A DNA stretch of 64,000 nt from Chrysomallon squamiferum (Eukaryota; Animalia; Mollusca). Below are positions 28,007 through 40,783 of the stretch, piece after piece. The notes beneath the pieces are model-generated. The model searched no databases. It saw nothing but the letters and a program-made list of their open reading frames with translations, and was not told where the DNA came from. Location: the NCBI GenBank assembly GCA_012295275.1, contig CM022665.1, positions 124,001 through 188,000 on the forward strand, written 5' to 3'. A program made the translations under genes and the position numbers. Positions within the stretch are counted from its first letter, which is position 1. Every line of letters begins with the position of its first letter.

Positions 28007-29830
28007 GAAACATTGGCGTATTTTTGGGGAGTCTCTGTCTTTCCTTACTATCCATCTATCCATCCATCTCTGTAGCATCCATTATTCATCCGTCTGTCCA
28101 TCGGTTTAATCATCTGTCAATACATCCTTCTATTCATCCATATATTTATGTATCTTTGTCTATCTGTTCATCGATCTATCTATGAATCTGCTATTTTTAA
28201 ACAGTTCGAATTTATAATTTGTCCTTTTAAATAATAAAATTAAACATACAATATTTTATTTTTTATCATATATTTCTTTAAATATATATATACACACACA
28301 CACACATACCTACACAGATGGATAGATAGATAATTAGATATAGATATGCAAGTATGTAGTTTTAGGATTTTGAATATTCTCTGTTTTATGTACATGTGAT
28401 TAGACTGCGCACAGACAATATTCGTTGGCGCAGGAGGACAAAGTCCAGTAACGACCTTACATACCTGTCGGATGCCGCTGAGGAGACTCAAACTATTTTA
28501 TTTCTTGTTAAAGATTTCTACAATGAACAACACTAAAACAATATTATGTACAATTTATCATTCTGAAAACAAATAGGTTTTAAAAACGACCAAACCATTG
28601 AATGAAACAACTTACAAAAGTCGTTATGTAAAACACGGTAGCTTATCATAAAACTGTTCAAGAATTAATTCTACCAGTCAACAAACACTTCACTAACTAA
28701 TAAATATACTACTATATAATTATGTACATCATACATTTACAAGAGGCTATCTTACTAGAGCGAACTCATGGCAGTGCAAACCAAATGCTTTAATATATTC
28801 TATTTGCCATGAAAATATGTAATTAAAAAATGTGTCGACATGATTGTTACTTAATCTCATTCTTTGTTAATAATAAAATACGATAACGGTAAAATAACTC
28901 CAGGTTATTTGAAGGACGTTAAATCTTATACAGAGAAATAGAGAAAGATAAAAAGGTTGTTAACAGGAGACATTTTCAGGGCAGAAAGGAAGTAGAAAGG
29001 AAATATAATAAGGAAAACAACAAGTCAATTTGTTGGTCAAAGGTCCCGCTTTCCCAAACAACAAACAAACAAATATATAAATAGTTACCTAGCGATTTGA
29101 ATTTCCCGCTCGCTTAGATGGTAATATAATTTAGAATTTCACATACATATCGACATACATACATACATACATACATACATTCATACATGCATATATAGAT
29201 ATGTATGTATGTATGAATGTCGACAAAAACACACATACAAACATTAATAATAAAAATAATAATACTAATAATAATAACACAAATATGATTTGATCAATAA
29301 CAACAGAACACATCATATATATATATATATATATATTTTTAATTACATACACATACATATATATAGATGGATAGACAGATAATAGATAAATCTAAATTTA
29401 GAGATATGCAGATATAGATACATATATAGACATACATATGTATTACAACACAGAAAAATCTTTTATATGTTCTGTGATTAGTTTTCTAATGATGCGAGGG
29501 CCAAAATGCATATTGCATTGTATTTACCTTTGGGGTTGTATATTTTTGCCGTTTGGTATTCGACATTGTTTACACATTATATATAGCGTATATTTTTCAT
29601 AAACTAAATAACTGCATGACACCTCACTCAGATTCATGTACATTATAAAACAGTCACACCAAATAATTCAGACACTTTATCTAAAGTAACAGTAATAAAT
29701 CATATTTCTAAAATTGTTAGTGCGAAACTGTAAAAAAAAAAATCTGCAAATACTCATGTTTATTCTTTTCTTAGGTGAATTAAAATTTATCAGATCGTCA
29801 AAAAAAAACAAAAAAACAACAACAACAAAA

Positions 29831-30033
29831 TTATAATAAAAATGTGCAGAAACAGATTAACAAGACAGCTCTCACAGTGGCTTGGATTATCTCTCTACAA
29901 ATTGGACATCTTTGCAATCTGGGCGCACAATCTTCACAGCAACAAAGACGACCGCAAGGCAGGAAAACTATTCTGACCTTGTTTTCAAGACAAACTTTGC
30001 AGATGATTTCCTCATTATCATCCGGCAAGGAAT
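29831..30033 (-). CDS. IAP terminal exon: RING finger
   Basis: Acceptor ttaacag| then (D)SLPDDNEEIICKVCLENKVRIVFLPCGRLCCCEDCAPRLQRCPICREIIQATVRAVLLICFCTFLL*. Matches the IAP RING pattern CKVC...vvFLPCGH...C..CA..L..CPICR, with H replaced by R. Confidence 0.93.
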
Positions 30034-30347
30034 CTGTTAAATACCAGATAATGTAATAAAAATAATATAATTCTTGTACGTTAAGTAATGTGTATATTTT
30101 GTAACAAAGACCAGTTTGAAATAAATCAAATAACTTGTGTATTTTATTACACATAACATTTGAAACAAATTTTTTGTAGATTTTGTCACAAAATAACTTG
30201 ACTCTTCACTAGGCTTTACGAATATACAAAAATGTTTTCTGTATTTCTTTCCCTCTTAAAGATATCAACTATCAATAATAATAATAATAATAATAACTGC
30301 CTTAGCATTAACATCAATGACAACTATAACAATAATAATATCAAAAA

Positions 30348-30378
<31 letters not shown>

Positions 30379-30521
30379 AAGATAAATAGATAAATAATAA
30401 ACAAATAAAAAGTAATACTAGTAATATTAATAATAATAGTAACAATATCAGCGATAGAAGAAAAATTTGAGAAATAATAAACCAAATAAATAAAATGTAG
30501 TGAAATAAAACTACAATATAC

Positions 30522-30596
30522 CTTCAGTTCCATGTTCTGTATTTCTTGTTTCACTAAATGTGCCACTCTTTTCTTCAGATAGAAAGAATTTATCAA
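30522..30596 (-). CDS. 75-nt phase 1-1 linker exon of the IAP gene
   Basis: ttttgtacag| (V)DKFFLSEEKSGTFSETRNTEHGTE |gtatat; open, length divisible by 3, paralogous to 31413-31481. Confidence 0.6.
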
Positions 30597-30813
30597 CTGT
30601 ACAAAATGAATGAAATAAAATATTTATAATACTAGTTCTATTGCTGTGATCTCATTCAAAATCCTGTTTTGTGGGATGTAAAACATTTAATACTTTTATA
30701 CTGCAAGTATATTTTAAAACAAATGAATAAAACAACAGTTTTAAAAAATTGAACAGTTTGTATAAAAGATGAATACTTCGTAGCGTATAAACTTTGATGC
30801 GAGAAAAAAAAAA

Positions 30814-30849
<36 letters not shown>

Positions 30850-31093
30850 TTGTATCATTTGTAAAACAAACCTTTGAAAGAATTAGTTCTTTGTGTATAT
30901 CTATCTATCTATAGATAGATAAATAGATAGATAGATACATATATAGATAGACAAACATATAGATAGATACACATATAGATAAGAAAAACATTCATAAAAG
31001 TAACCATGTTTTATGTATTTAATAAAATGTTGTTCCTTTCTTTCTTCCTTAAATTATTTCTTTATCAACCAAATGTATCAGGTAACAACAATG

Positions 31094-31128
<35 letters not shown>

Positions 31129-31412
31129 CATAATCATAATCACAATAATACCAATACCATTAACAATACAAACAGATAAATAAACAAAAATGAATATAAA
31201 TAAATAAATAATAAGAATAGAAAGTAAATGAATAAAATGTAATAATAGTTGTAATAATAATAATAATAACGATGACAACACGAACTAATACAGCAATAAT
31301 GATAACAATTATAACAGCAATAACAGTAAAAACAAGATCAATAAATAAATACATAAACAAATAAACAAACAAACAAATAAATAAAGTGAAGTCAAATAAA
31401 ACTGCAATATAC

Positions 31413-31481
31413 CTCCAGCTGCAAGTTTTGTATTTCTTTTTATTTCACTGAGTTCGCCACTCCTTTCTTCAGATTCATCAA
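31413..31481 (-). CDS. 69-nt phase 1-1 linker exon of the IAP gene
   Basis: tcgtatag| (V)DESEERSGELSEIKRNTKLAAG |gtatat; open, length divisible by 3. A third, dead copy (stop codon, donor GT->TT) lies at about 31595-31659. Confidence 0.6.
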
Positions 31482-31842
31482 CTATACGAACCAAATCAAA
31501 TAAAATATTCATAATACTAATTCTACTGAATGTATCAGGTATCAGTAATAATAATAATAATAATAAAATATAGTGAAATAAAACTACAATATAACTTCAG
31601 GTGCATGTTCTGTGTTACTTTTCTGTTTTACTTTTCTTCTGAAACAACGAATTCATTAACTATATGAACAAAATGAAATAAAATATTTATAATATTAGTT
31701 CTACTGATGTGATCTCATTTAAAATGATACTTTTGTGGGATGTAAACTATTAAATAGTTTTATCTTGACATTAATTGGTGACACTGTGCAATCTATAGAA
31801 TCTTGCTGGTAAATCTAGAATTTTGTTAAAGTTAAAACTTAC

Positions 31843-31921
31843 CTTGACGTGTTTTAATTCCAAGACGTTCAACTGTAGGTCGACAGTCATTTAAAATATC
31901 CATCACTTGGTCATAGTTAAT
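31843..31921 (-). CDS. 79-nt phase 0-1 exon after BIR2
   Basis: ttattttag| INYDQVMDILNDCRPTVERLGIKTRQ |gtaagt; phases fit both neighbours. Confidence 0.8.
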
Positions 31922-31956
31922 CTAAAATAAATTTTAAAATATTAATGACATATTTT

Positions 31957-31998
<42 letters not shown>

Positions 31999-32018
31999 CA
32001 AAAGGATTTCAAACTAAT

Positions 32019-32054
<36 letters not shown>

Positions 32055-32167
32055 AAACAAACAATAAAAACAGTAATAAACAGAGAGAGAAAAGATTAGA
32101 AAATGTAAATTAAATTTAAGAAAAGTTTAATAATTTCATGGTAAAGCTAAACATTTCAGCTAGTTAC

Positions 32168-32346
32168 CTCCACTTCATTTTCATTCATTTCTTGGACCAA
32201 ATCAACAAAATTGTCTCCCTTCACCTGTCTGATGAAATCGCATTGTGAAAACCATCTGGCGTGTTCCACGTAAGGGTTATCTCCCTGCATCTAATTTCTA
32301 AGTCCTCCACCGCAGTAAAAGCAGGACGTGCTATCACGTGAATTAC
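32168..32346 (-). CDS. C-terminal half of second BIR domain, with in-frame TAG at the conserved Trp
   Basis: cacag| (G)NSRDSTSCFYCGGGLRN*MQGDNPYVEHARWFSQCDFIRQVKGDNFVDLVQEMNENEVE |gtaact; CxxC...H...C zinc ligands are intact. Confidence 0.92.
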
Positions 32347-32719
32347 CTGTGTATACATCAATGTGCTTGTTCATAATTGTACACATTTTATCTGACAACC
32401 CCCCCCTTACATACACAGTATTTTCATTAATAAAATATGAAAATTAGCTTTGAGTAAAATTTGAAATTGTTATATAAAATAACAACAAAATGAAATAATA
32501 CACCAAAGAAATTATGGTTGTGTGACTATATTTTGTGTTTTATCTTTTAGTTCTTAATATTTTTTTTCTTTTTGTTTTTCTTCTGTCTGAAATATGTACC
32601 TTAATTTATTTATTTATTTTATTTTATTTCATTTCATTACATTATTTGGTTTCTTTTATGTTTTTGTTTTTTGTATGATATTTCGCTTGCTTCTCAAATG
32701 TATTTCATGCTGTAAGAAT

Positions 32720-33125
32720 TAAAAATATCAAGCAATTTCAAAAGACTGTTAAACATTCAAGATCTTCACATGATTATTTAACTGTCAAAAACGTCAAATG
32801 ATTATTAAAATACTGAAGTTTTCAAATGTCTAATAAAAAAAAATAAAGATTAGCAATAAAGATTAAATTCTGAAAATTTAATTTCAGTCTTAAAATGTCA
32901 AACATTCTATATGATTATTAAAATATCAAACATTTTTTAATGTCTACTGAAACGTCGAAGACATCAAGTGACTATAAAATGTCAAAGGTTTAGATATAAT
33001 TATTAAAATATCAAAGATTTCAAATGACTATTAAAATGTCAAAAAATTCCAGTGACTATTGAAATGTCAAGGTTTTAAGTTACCATTGAAATTCACATTG
33101 TCATTAAAATGTTAAGATTTCTAAT
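32720..33125. repeat. Degenerate ~29-bp intronic minisatellite
   Basis: Recurrent tgactattaaaatgtcaaagatttcaaa-like unit. Confidence 0.7.
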
Positions 33126-33145
33126 TAAGCAGCAGTAACACTAAC

Positions 33146-36141
33146 CAGAGAAGAAAAAATCGGCTTCTGCCAGTTCTCTCAGAGACTGGTTGTCAGGATG
33201 TGGCCATTGTTGTTCAAAAGACGAAATACGTCTTTGTACGTCGACGTAGTCGCTGTGACGTGCTGCATGCAATGTTGGGGCTGATGTAGAGAAGCTTCCA
33301 GACAGAAAACCGGACAGCTGAAGGATTGGTAAATTACTGAGACTGAGCTGTGAAGAACTTTGATGAGAATCATTAGAGGCAACAGCACCACCACTGACAG
33401 AACTCTCACCGGTAAAAGAAGGAACTGCAGAATTATCAGGAAGTGAAACAGTAGTTGTAGCCATATCACTGGTACTAACAGTAGATGTAGATGTAACAGT
33501 GCTTGAGGGCATACTACAAATATTACCAGTAAATGTACGCATACAGCTGGTATTAGTAGCTGATACCTCAGTACCAGTCAAACTAACAGCAGATATGTCA
33601 ATATTTTCATGACCAACAGAGGTAACGATGTCATCGACATTATTTCTTAGAGACTCCAAACAGTTCATTTTCACTAACTGAACTTTCAGACTCGCTCCGA
33701 TTACGAAGTGTTTCACTTTGAATAGCAGAAAATTCCGATACTGGTACTGTTAATCTGCCCAGGAATTCTTGTAGTCTCTGCTCAGCATTCTCACTTACCC
33801 GAATCGGTTTACTTTCTTCCTCTCCCAGGACAAATCTGCAGCTTGGAGAGGTTTGTCTGTGAATTTCCATTGGGTTATCTGCAGGTCTCCAGTGATCATA
33901 GCTCTGACCACAGCTGAAGCAGACAACGAGATCACCAGTCCCAGTGAAGTAGAATCCAGCAGCTGCAAGACGACTTGGCCAAGCTGAGTTTAGAGGACAT
34001 CGTAAGTAAGACGCATATCGGTCCCACTCCCTCCTGTATCTGACACTGTCTGAAGGTTCTGTCCATAATTCATCACTTCTCAGCTGTTCTGTCTCTTCAC
34101 TTCTCAGCTGTTCTCTCTCTTCACTTCTCAGCTCTTCTGTCTTATCACTCAACTGTTCTGTCTCATCACTTCTCAGCTGTTCTGTCTCTTCACTTCTCAG
34201 CTGTTCTATCTCTTCACTTCTCAGCTGTTCTCTCTCTTCACTTCTCAGCTCTTCTGTCTTATCACTTCTCAGCTGTTCTGTCTCTTCACTCAACTGTTCT
34301 GTCTCATCACTTCTCAGCTGTTCTGTCTCTTCACTCAACTGTTCTGTCTCATCACTTCTCAGCTGTTCTGTCTCTTCACTTCTCAGCTGTTCTGTCTTAT
34401 CACTCCTCAGCTGTTCTGTCTCTTCACTCAACTGTTCTGTCTCATCACTTCTCAACTGTTCTGTCTCTTCACTTCTCAGCTGTTCCCTCTCTTCACTTCT
34501 CAGCTGTTCTATCTCTTCACTTCTCAGCTGTTCTATCTCATCACTTCTCAGCTGTTCTGTCTTATCACTTCTCAACTGTTCTGTCTTACCACTTCTCAGC
34601 TGTTCTGTCTCTTCACTTCTCAGCTGTTCTGTCTCACCACTTTTCAGCTGTTCTGTCTCTTCACTTAACTGTTCTGTCTCATCACTTCTCAACTCTTCTC
34701 TCTCATCACTTCTCACCTGTACTGTCTCTTCACTTCTCAGCTGTTTTGTCTCATCACTTCTCAGCTGTTCTGTCTCTTCACTTCTCAGTTGTTTTCTCTC
34801 TTCACTTAACTGTTCTGTCTCATAACTTCTCAACTGTTCTGTCTCTTCACTCAGCTGTTGTGTCTCTTTAATCAACTGTTCTCTCTCATCACTTCTCAAC
34901 TGTTCTCTCTCTTCACTCAGCTGTTCTGTCTCATCACTTCTCAGCTGTTCTGTCTCTTCACTCAGCTGTTCTGTCTCATCACTTCTCAACTGTTTGTCTC
35001 TTCACTCAGCTGTTCTGTCTCTTCACTCAACTGTTCTGTCTCTTCGCTCAACTGTTCTGTCTCATCACTTCTCAACTGTTCTGTCTCATCACTTCTCACC
35101 TGTTATGTCTCTTCACTCAACTGTTGTGTCACTTCACTCAGCTGTTCTGTCTCTTCAGACAACTGTTCTGTCTCTTCACTCAACTGTTCTGTCTCGTTAC
35201 TTCTCAGCTGTTCTGTCTCATCACTTCTAAACTGTTCTGTCTCATCACTTCTAAACTGTTCTGTCTCTTCACTCAACTGTTCTGTCTCATCACTTCTAAA
35301 CTGTTCTGTCTCTTCACTCAACTGTTCTGTCTCATAACTTCTAAACTGTTCTCTCTCATCACTTCTCAGCTGTTCTGTCTCATCATTTCTCAGCTGTTCT
35401 GTCTCATCACTTCTCAACTGTTTGTCTCTTCACTCAGCTGTTCTGTCTCTTCACTCAACTGTTCTGTCTCTTCGCTCAACTGTTCTGTCTCTTCGCTCAA
35501 CTGTTCTGTCTCATCACTTCTCAACTGTTCTGTCTCATCACTTCTCACCTGTTCTGTCTCTTCACTCAACTGTTGTGTCACTTCACTCAGCTGTTCTGTC
35601 TCGTTACTTCTCAGCTGTTCTGTCTCATCACTTCTAAACTGTTCTGTCTCATCACTTCTAAACTGTTCTGTCTCATCACTTCTAAACTGTTCTGTCTCTT
35701 CACTCAACTGTTCTGTCTCATCACTTCTAAACTGTTCTCTCTCATCACTTCTCAGCTGTTCTGTCTCATCATTTCTCAGCTGTTCTGTCTCATCACTTCT
35801 CAGCTGTTCTGTCTCATCACTTCTCAGCTGTTCTGTCTCTTCACTTCTCAACTGTTCTTTCTCATCACTTCTCAGTTGTTCTGTCTCATCACTTCTCAGC
35901 TGTTCTGTCTCATCACTTCTCAGCTGTTCTGTCTCATCACTTCTCAACTGTTCTCTCTCATCACTTCTCAACTGTTCTGTCTCTTCACTCAGCTGTTCTG
36001 TCTCTTCACTCAGCTGTTCTGTCTCTTCACTCAACTGTTCTGTCTCTTCACTCAGCTGTTCTGTCTCTTCACACAACTGTTCTGTCTCATTACTTCTCAG
36101 TTCTTCTCTCTCATGACTTCTTAATGATCGTTTTTCCGTAA
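33146..36141 (-). CDS. Large exon: acidic repeat, BIR1, Ser/Thr-rich linker and N-half of BIR2 (frameshifted)
   Basis: Acceptor atctgcag| (V)TEKRSLRSHEREELRS...; BIR1 LAAAGFYFTGTGDLVVCFSCGQSYDHWRPADNPMEIHRQTSPSCRFV; BIR2 start YVDVQRRISSFEQQWPHPDNQSLRELAEADFFFS |gttagt. Length 2996 nt is not a multiple of 3. Confidence 0.88.
34072..36120 (-). repeat. Coding minisatellite of interspersed 24-nt (LRSDETEQ) and 21-nt (LSEETEQ) units
   Basis: Plus-strand units ctgttctgtctcatcacttctcag and ctgttctgtctcttcactcaa repeated over ~2 kb. Confidence 0.97.
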
Positions 36142-36870
36142 CTGCAGATAATTATCAGAAACAGTACTTACGAATTAAAACAAATTCACTCAAACACGGT
36201 TCATTTGAACAAAACTTTAACAGTAAATAAATAAATAAATAAGTACAGAATTAGGGAAAATATAACATTTAATTTCAGTAAATATGAAATTAAAACAAAC
36301 ATTTTAAAATTAACATCAGTGGACGCCTGTTTAGCATTGAACTACTGAGATTTTATAGTTGTAAATATTATTCACAAATTTTCTGTTTGAGATCTTGAAT
36401 CTGATAAAACGTAAAAGATATTCAAATGAATACAGATTTATATGACTCGTCTTTCTTTCTTTATGGGAGAATGTCACTGACAAGGTTAGAAAATTCTCGC
36501 AGGAGCCAATGGGTTCCTTTCAAATGAATTAAATATGTGGTGAATTATAAGAAATTCGCTAAACACGGTTCATTTGAACAAAACTTTAACAGTAAATAAA
36601 TATATAAATAAATAAACAAACAAATAAAGAAAGACTTAATTGTAAAATATTAAATTGTAAATCCCCTAATATATTGTTGTAAAGTGGGACTATCAAAATT
36701 GGGTTCTTATAAACAAAATAATAATAATAATAATAATAATAAAACAAAATAAAAAATAACGTGCTACCTAAAGTAAGAAATTAAACTAACAAGCTTTCAT
36801 CCAGTAATAACATATTTAACGTCTTCCTGTGATCTGTTATGATCTTTTCAATACTGTTAAATTTAAAATG

Positions 36871-36929
<59 letters not shown>

Positions 36930-36934
36930 CATAC

Positions 36935-37021
36935 CTGGTTTAATCATCATAAGAACTCTATACAATGCATAACAAATAATCAGTATTGCAGAGGTCAAGT
37001 CTTTCACTTCCATCACTAGGT
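36935..37021 (-). CDS. 87-nt phase 1-1 exon with hydrophobic segment
   Basis: aataacag| LVMEVKDLTSAILIICYALYRVLMMIKP |gtatgt; only the phase-1 frame is open. Confidence 0.6.
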
Positions 37022-37538
37022 CTGTTATTTCAGAAAAATATAAAGAAAAAAATGTATTTAAAATTTAAGAATTAACATCAATTTTCGATTATAAGAAAAT
37101 TATTATGTTTTCATCTTATTTTCTCATGTGATAGTTATTCAGATTAGTAGAATGCACAGTCACAGACAGACAAACGTTCTGACAAAGAAACCAGGACATT
37201 AACGAAGTTCTGAGATTACTGTTTATGACAAGTTTTGATACAGGTCAGTATAATCAAACTTACAGCATTCCAATGTTACTAAAGTCGTTGATACATGTGC
37301 ACTAGTTAAATACGTTATAGATGTTGATGTTTGTATATTTATTGAAAGATACACGTGGTGGGGTCCTTTGAGCTAATCAGATTACAAAACATGAATATTT
37401 TATGGCCGAACTCCTTTTAGAAGCAGATATTGGCTATTATATAGTCAAATGCAACATTAAAATGGAAACTGAGACCCTGTATTTAAGCATTCTTTAAAAA
37501 CACACTTGCTGCTGGTAAAACAACAAACCAAAAATAAA

Positions 37539-37569
<31 letters not shown>

Positions 37570-37655
37570 TAATAAATCGTAACAATCTATTTATTACCTT
37601 TAGTAAAATCACATTGTTTAATCACAGACAGAAAAGAAAGTTTACAAATAATTAC

Positions 37656-37718
37656 ATCTTTCTGATTCTGTACAACGGTTCAGCGTGAACCGATTCTTCA
37701 CTAACTCATCTGTTAGAT
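37656..37718 (-). CDS. 63-nt phase 1-1 exon at the type-B cassette position
   Basis: aaattgcag| (D)LTDELVKNRFTLNRCTESER |gtaatt; flanks resemble those of the 63-nt exons at 53.9-59.5 kb. Confidence 0.6.
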
Positions 37719-39094
37719 CTGCAATTTTCAGTAACATAAATACAGATAAACATTTCTGCTGCTGTCGAGTAATATTTCTGGCGTTTTACGGCACTAAAAA
37801 CTATTTACAAATTTTCACTAAAAAAGTCACTAAAATTAATATGAAAGCAGATAATTGTATCGGTTGATTTTCTTGTCTTGTCTTAACATCAGTGGAGTGT
37901 GGGTGACCCTCTTTCCAGGAAGCTGTTTAGCATTGTAAAAAATACTACTGACATTTTATAACAGCAAATATTTATTCACAAATTTTCCATTTGATATCTT
38001 GAATCTGATAAACTATACAAGATATTAAAATTAATACGTATCCATATTTTATGAATCAAATTTATATCACTCGATTTTCTGTTTCATATCTTGAATCTGA
38101 TAAAATATAAAAGATATTAAAATTAATACAAATTTATATGACTCGTCTTTCTTTCATTATCACAAAATCACTATGTTTTTGGTGACTAGAGAAATCAGAA
38201 AACGACGTTGTAACAAAAGGATACTTTTATACATTTATTAGAAGTATCTACCTAACGTATTTCCTAACTACTCAAACACAAGAGTGTTCTATAGATTAAA
38301 AACTAATCACATGAATACATTTTTATATTATCAAAAAATTAAAGAAACGCAAGGAGGCTGATTCTTACAAGATTTCGTGTTAAGTATTACTTGCCTGACA
38401 TGTTTCTTTGCTTCAAAACAAGTGAACAATTTCTCAGTTCACAGTTTGTCACTATGTCATTTCTGTCTGCAGTGATGTAATTAAAAATTAATTCTAGTGT
38501 AACCTGAAAGCGTGCTTTGTTATAATTGTATACTGGAAACCTGTTTTGAACATGTGCGTAATATTATTAATGTAAATTACGATTGTCATCAATTAGCACC
38601 AATCTAGAAAATTCTGATACCAGTATTTGCTGTTTGACAGCCATGTTCACATGTCATTGCTGACTTACTAAAACTCTTAGATAAACATGTACTGTACATT
38701 TCAATACATGTGAATGTATAATTAAGATACATTCAAAGTCTCTGAAATATTTACTAATCTTATTTTAAATATGTTGATACTGTTTTGATTTTATTAAGTT
38801 ATTTATAACTTGGCAAAATATGTTGAATATTTGTATTAAATTTCAAAGTAAGAACATTGATGTTCAAACGAATCTGTTCACAGATGAAAATTTATTGTTT
38901 ATGCGTTGCATGATGTTTTTACGACAGTAAAATAGAAAACGTATTTCTCGTAACTTACCGCTGAAATTACTAAACTAAGTCAGTTTATCATGATTACATT
39001 CAGTTTATAAATTACAACTTATCAAACAAAAATATTCCGTTCTTTCATCATAGTCACGAATTTAGTTAAACTAACAAAGTTTATAATTATGTAC

Positions 39095-39301
39095 CTGAAT
39101 TACTCCTGTATATTACTTGTTCTTCATGAAACGCCTGTTGATTGATCATCCATTTCATTTCCTGATGCTCATCCCTTAGATTAGCAATTTCATTAACCGT
39201 TTTAAAAATAATATCAGTGGAGTGTAGATCATCTGGGCGAGTTCTAGCATTGTCAAATAATAACACTGACCTTACATTTTGGTCAGTTTGATATCCTGGA
39301 T
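39095..39301 (-). CDS. 207-nt phase 1-1 exon
   Basis: ttttttag| (D)PGYQTDQNVRSVLLFDNARTRPDDLHSTDIIFKTVNEIANLRDEHQEMKWMINQQAFHEEQVIYRSNS |gtacat; open; ends in RSNS like the type-B exons. Confidence 0.75.
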
Positions 39302-40060
39302 CTAAAAAACAATAAAAGAAATTAGAATTATTCAAAAATGTGATATAATACCACTGACTTTTTATAGCTGTAAAAATTATTCACAAATATATATATATTA
39401 ACTATAGATAACTTTATTGCTTTAATAATTGTATATGTATATGAAGTTCAGATTGTCTAGTCTCTGTTAATAAAATAGAATAAACTATAAACGATAAACA
39501 AATTCTGAAAATATGTATTAATGGTGTTAATAATTAATTTTGACTAATATATGTAAATAATTAGATTTGTGTTTAGAAACAACAAAGTGGCACCCATGCA
39601 CAAGAAGGTATAGCTAGAAAAGAATGTTAAGAAATAAGTATGTACGTCACAACGCACCATTTTAAGTGTTAGATGTGTAATTTCAGCAATATAAATAAAG
39701 ATAAATATTTCTCGCATTGTCGAGTATTATCACCGTTTTTTTATGACAGAAAAATGATTTACAACTTTCTTTTCACTAATATAAATCAGTAAAATTAATA
39801 CAAATGCTCATATTTGTTTTCGATGATTTTCATTGTTCGCTGGATATTGTCACTTTCACTAACTAAAAAACATTTTCTGAGAAAAAACTGAACACAAACA
39901 GAGTTTTAAAACTAAATGTTTCACAAAAAAGTGAGATCACAACTTTAAAAAAAAAATGTTTAAACGTTTAACCTGAAGTATCTGCCAAGCACATGTAGTA
40001 ACTACTCATACCTAGTCTATTTTAATACGTAAAATCCAAACACAAAAACAAAAGACGTAC

Positions 40061-40070
40061 CATCAGACAT
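40061..40070 (-). CDS. Candidate start-codon exon end (ATG TCT GAT G|gtacgt, MSD)
   Basis: ATG followed 10 nt later by a phase-1 GT donor compatible with all downstream phase-1 exons; an intact copy also lies at 58532-58541. Confidence 0.45.
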
Positions 40071-40702
40071 GGAAGTAAAGTAACAACAATTTATAGGTTA
40101 ATTATTATATACTTGTTGAAATATATTGCTTGTAAATCATATAGATAAGAATTATCAGTGTGTTCACAGTATCTCACCATGACATCTCTGGTTGCAATGT
40201 CGTAATGTAAATCAAACTTAATTCTAGTGTAGCCTGACTGTGCGTTCTCCTAAATTTTAAACTACAAAGCTGTATTGAAAGTTTGTATATTGTTATTGAT
40301 GTAAATGAATTTTGTCAAAAAAATATCAACTATTCAAAGGTGATATTCAGTGCTGAAATTAAGCAGCTACATCCACATGTCACTGCTGAATAAACAAAAA
40401 CTGTACGATTTACATTTACTATAAATTTAGTAACATGTGTGTATAATTAAGATACATTTAAGGTAGCAGAGATTAGCTGAAAAAAAAATAGACAATTAAA
40501 AAGAAATTTTCAAAACTCCTCAAGTGAGACATCATTCCAAAGCACGAATTAGACAGTTATGATCTTGTTGAAAAGTTAATAGCTGCTCAATTTACTGAAC
40601 TAACAGTTTGTTCTGATATCATCAGTTTATAAATTACAACTTGTCAACAAAATTCTGTGTACTTTCATTACAGGTGAGAAATCATAAAAATAACAAATTT
40701 AC

Positions 40703-40783
40703 CTAATCGTCTTCTTATGTTAATTCTTGATGATGTTTCAGAGGAGTCAGATAGCAAGTCCCCCAGTTCAAAAAAATATCTTC
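40703..40783 (-). CDS. 81-nt type-A variable exon
   Basis: catattacag| (G)RYFFELGDLLSDSSETSSRINIRRRL |gtaaat; same flanks as 61160-61228 and 62919-62996. Confidence 0.7.

Noticed and set aside
16606-31372. Many short ORFs rich in HT, CV, YV or poly-Ile
   Set aside because: Products of (CA)n, (TACA)n and (AAT)n microsatellites.
32291-32293. TAG at the BIR2 Trp codon could be repaired by A-to-I editing (UAG to UIG)
   Set aside because: Chemically possible, but upstream frameshifts and a TAA already break the frame, so simple decay is more parsimonious. RNA reads showing G here would revive it.
34858-36124. Long plus-strand ORFs (CSVSSL / QLFCL repeats)
   Set aside because: Antisense shadows of the coding minisatellite.
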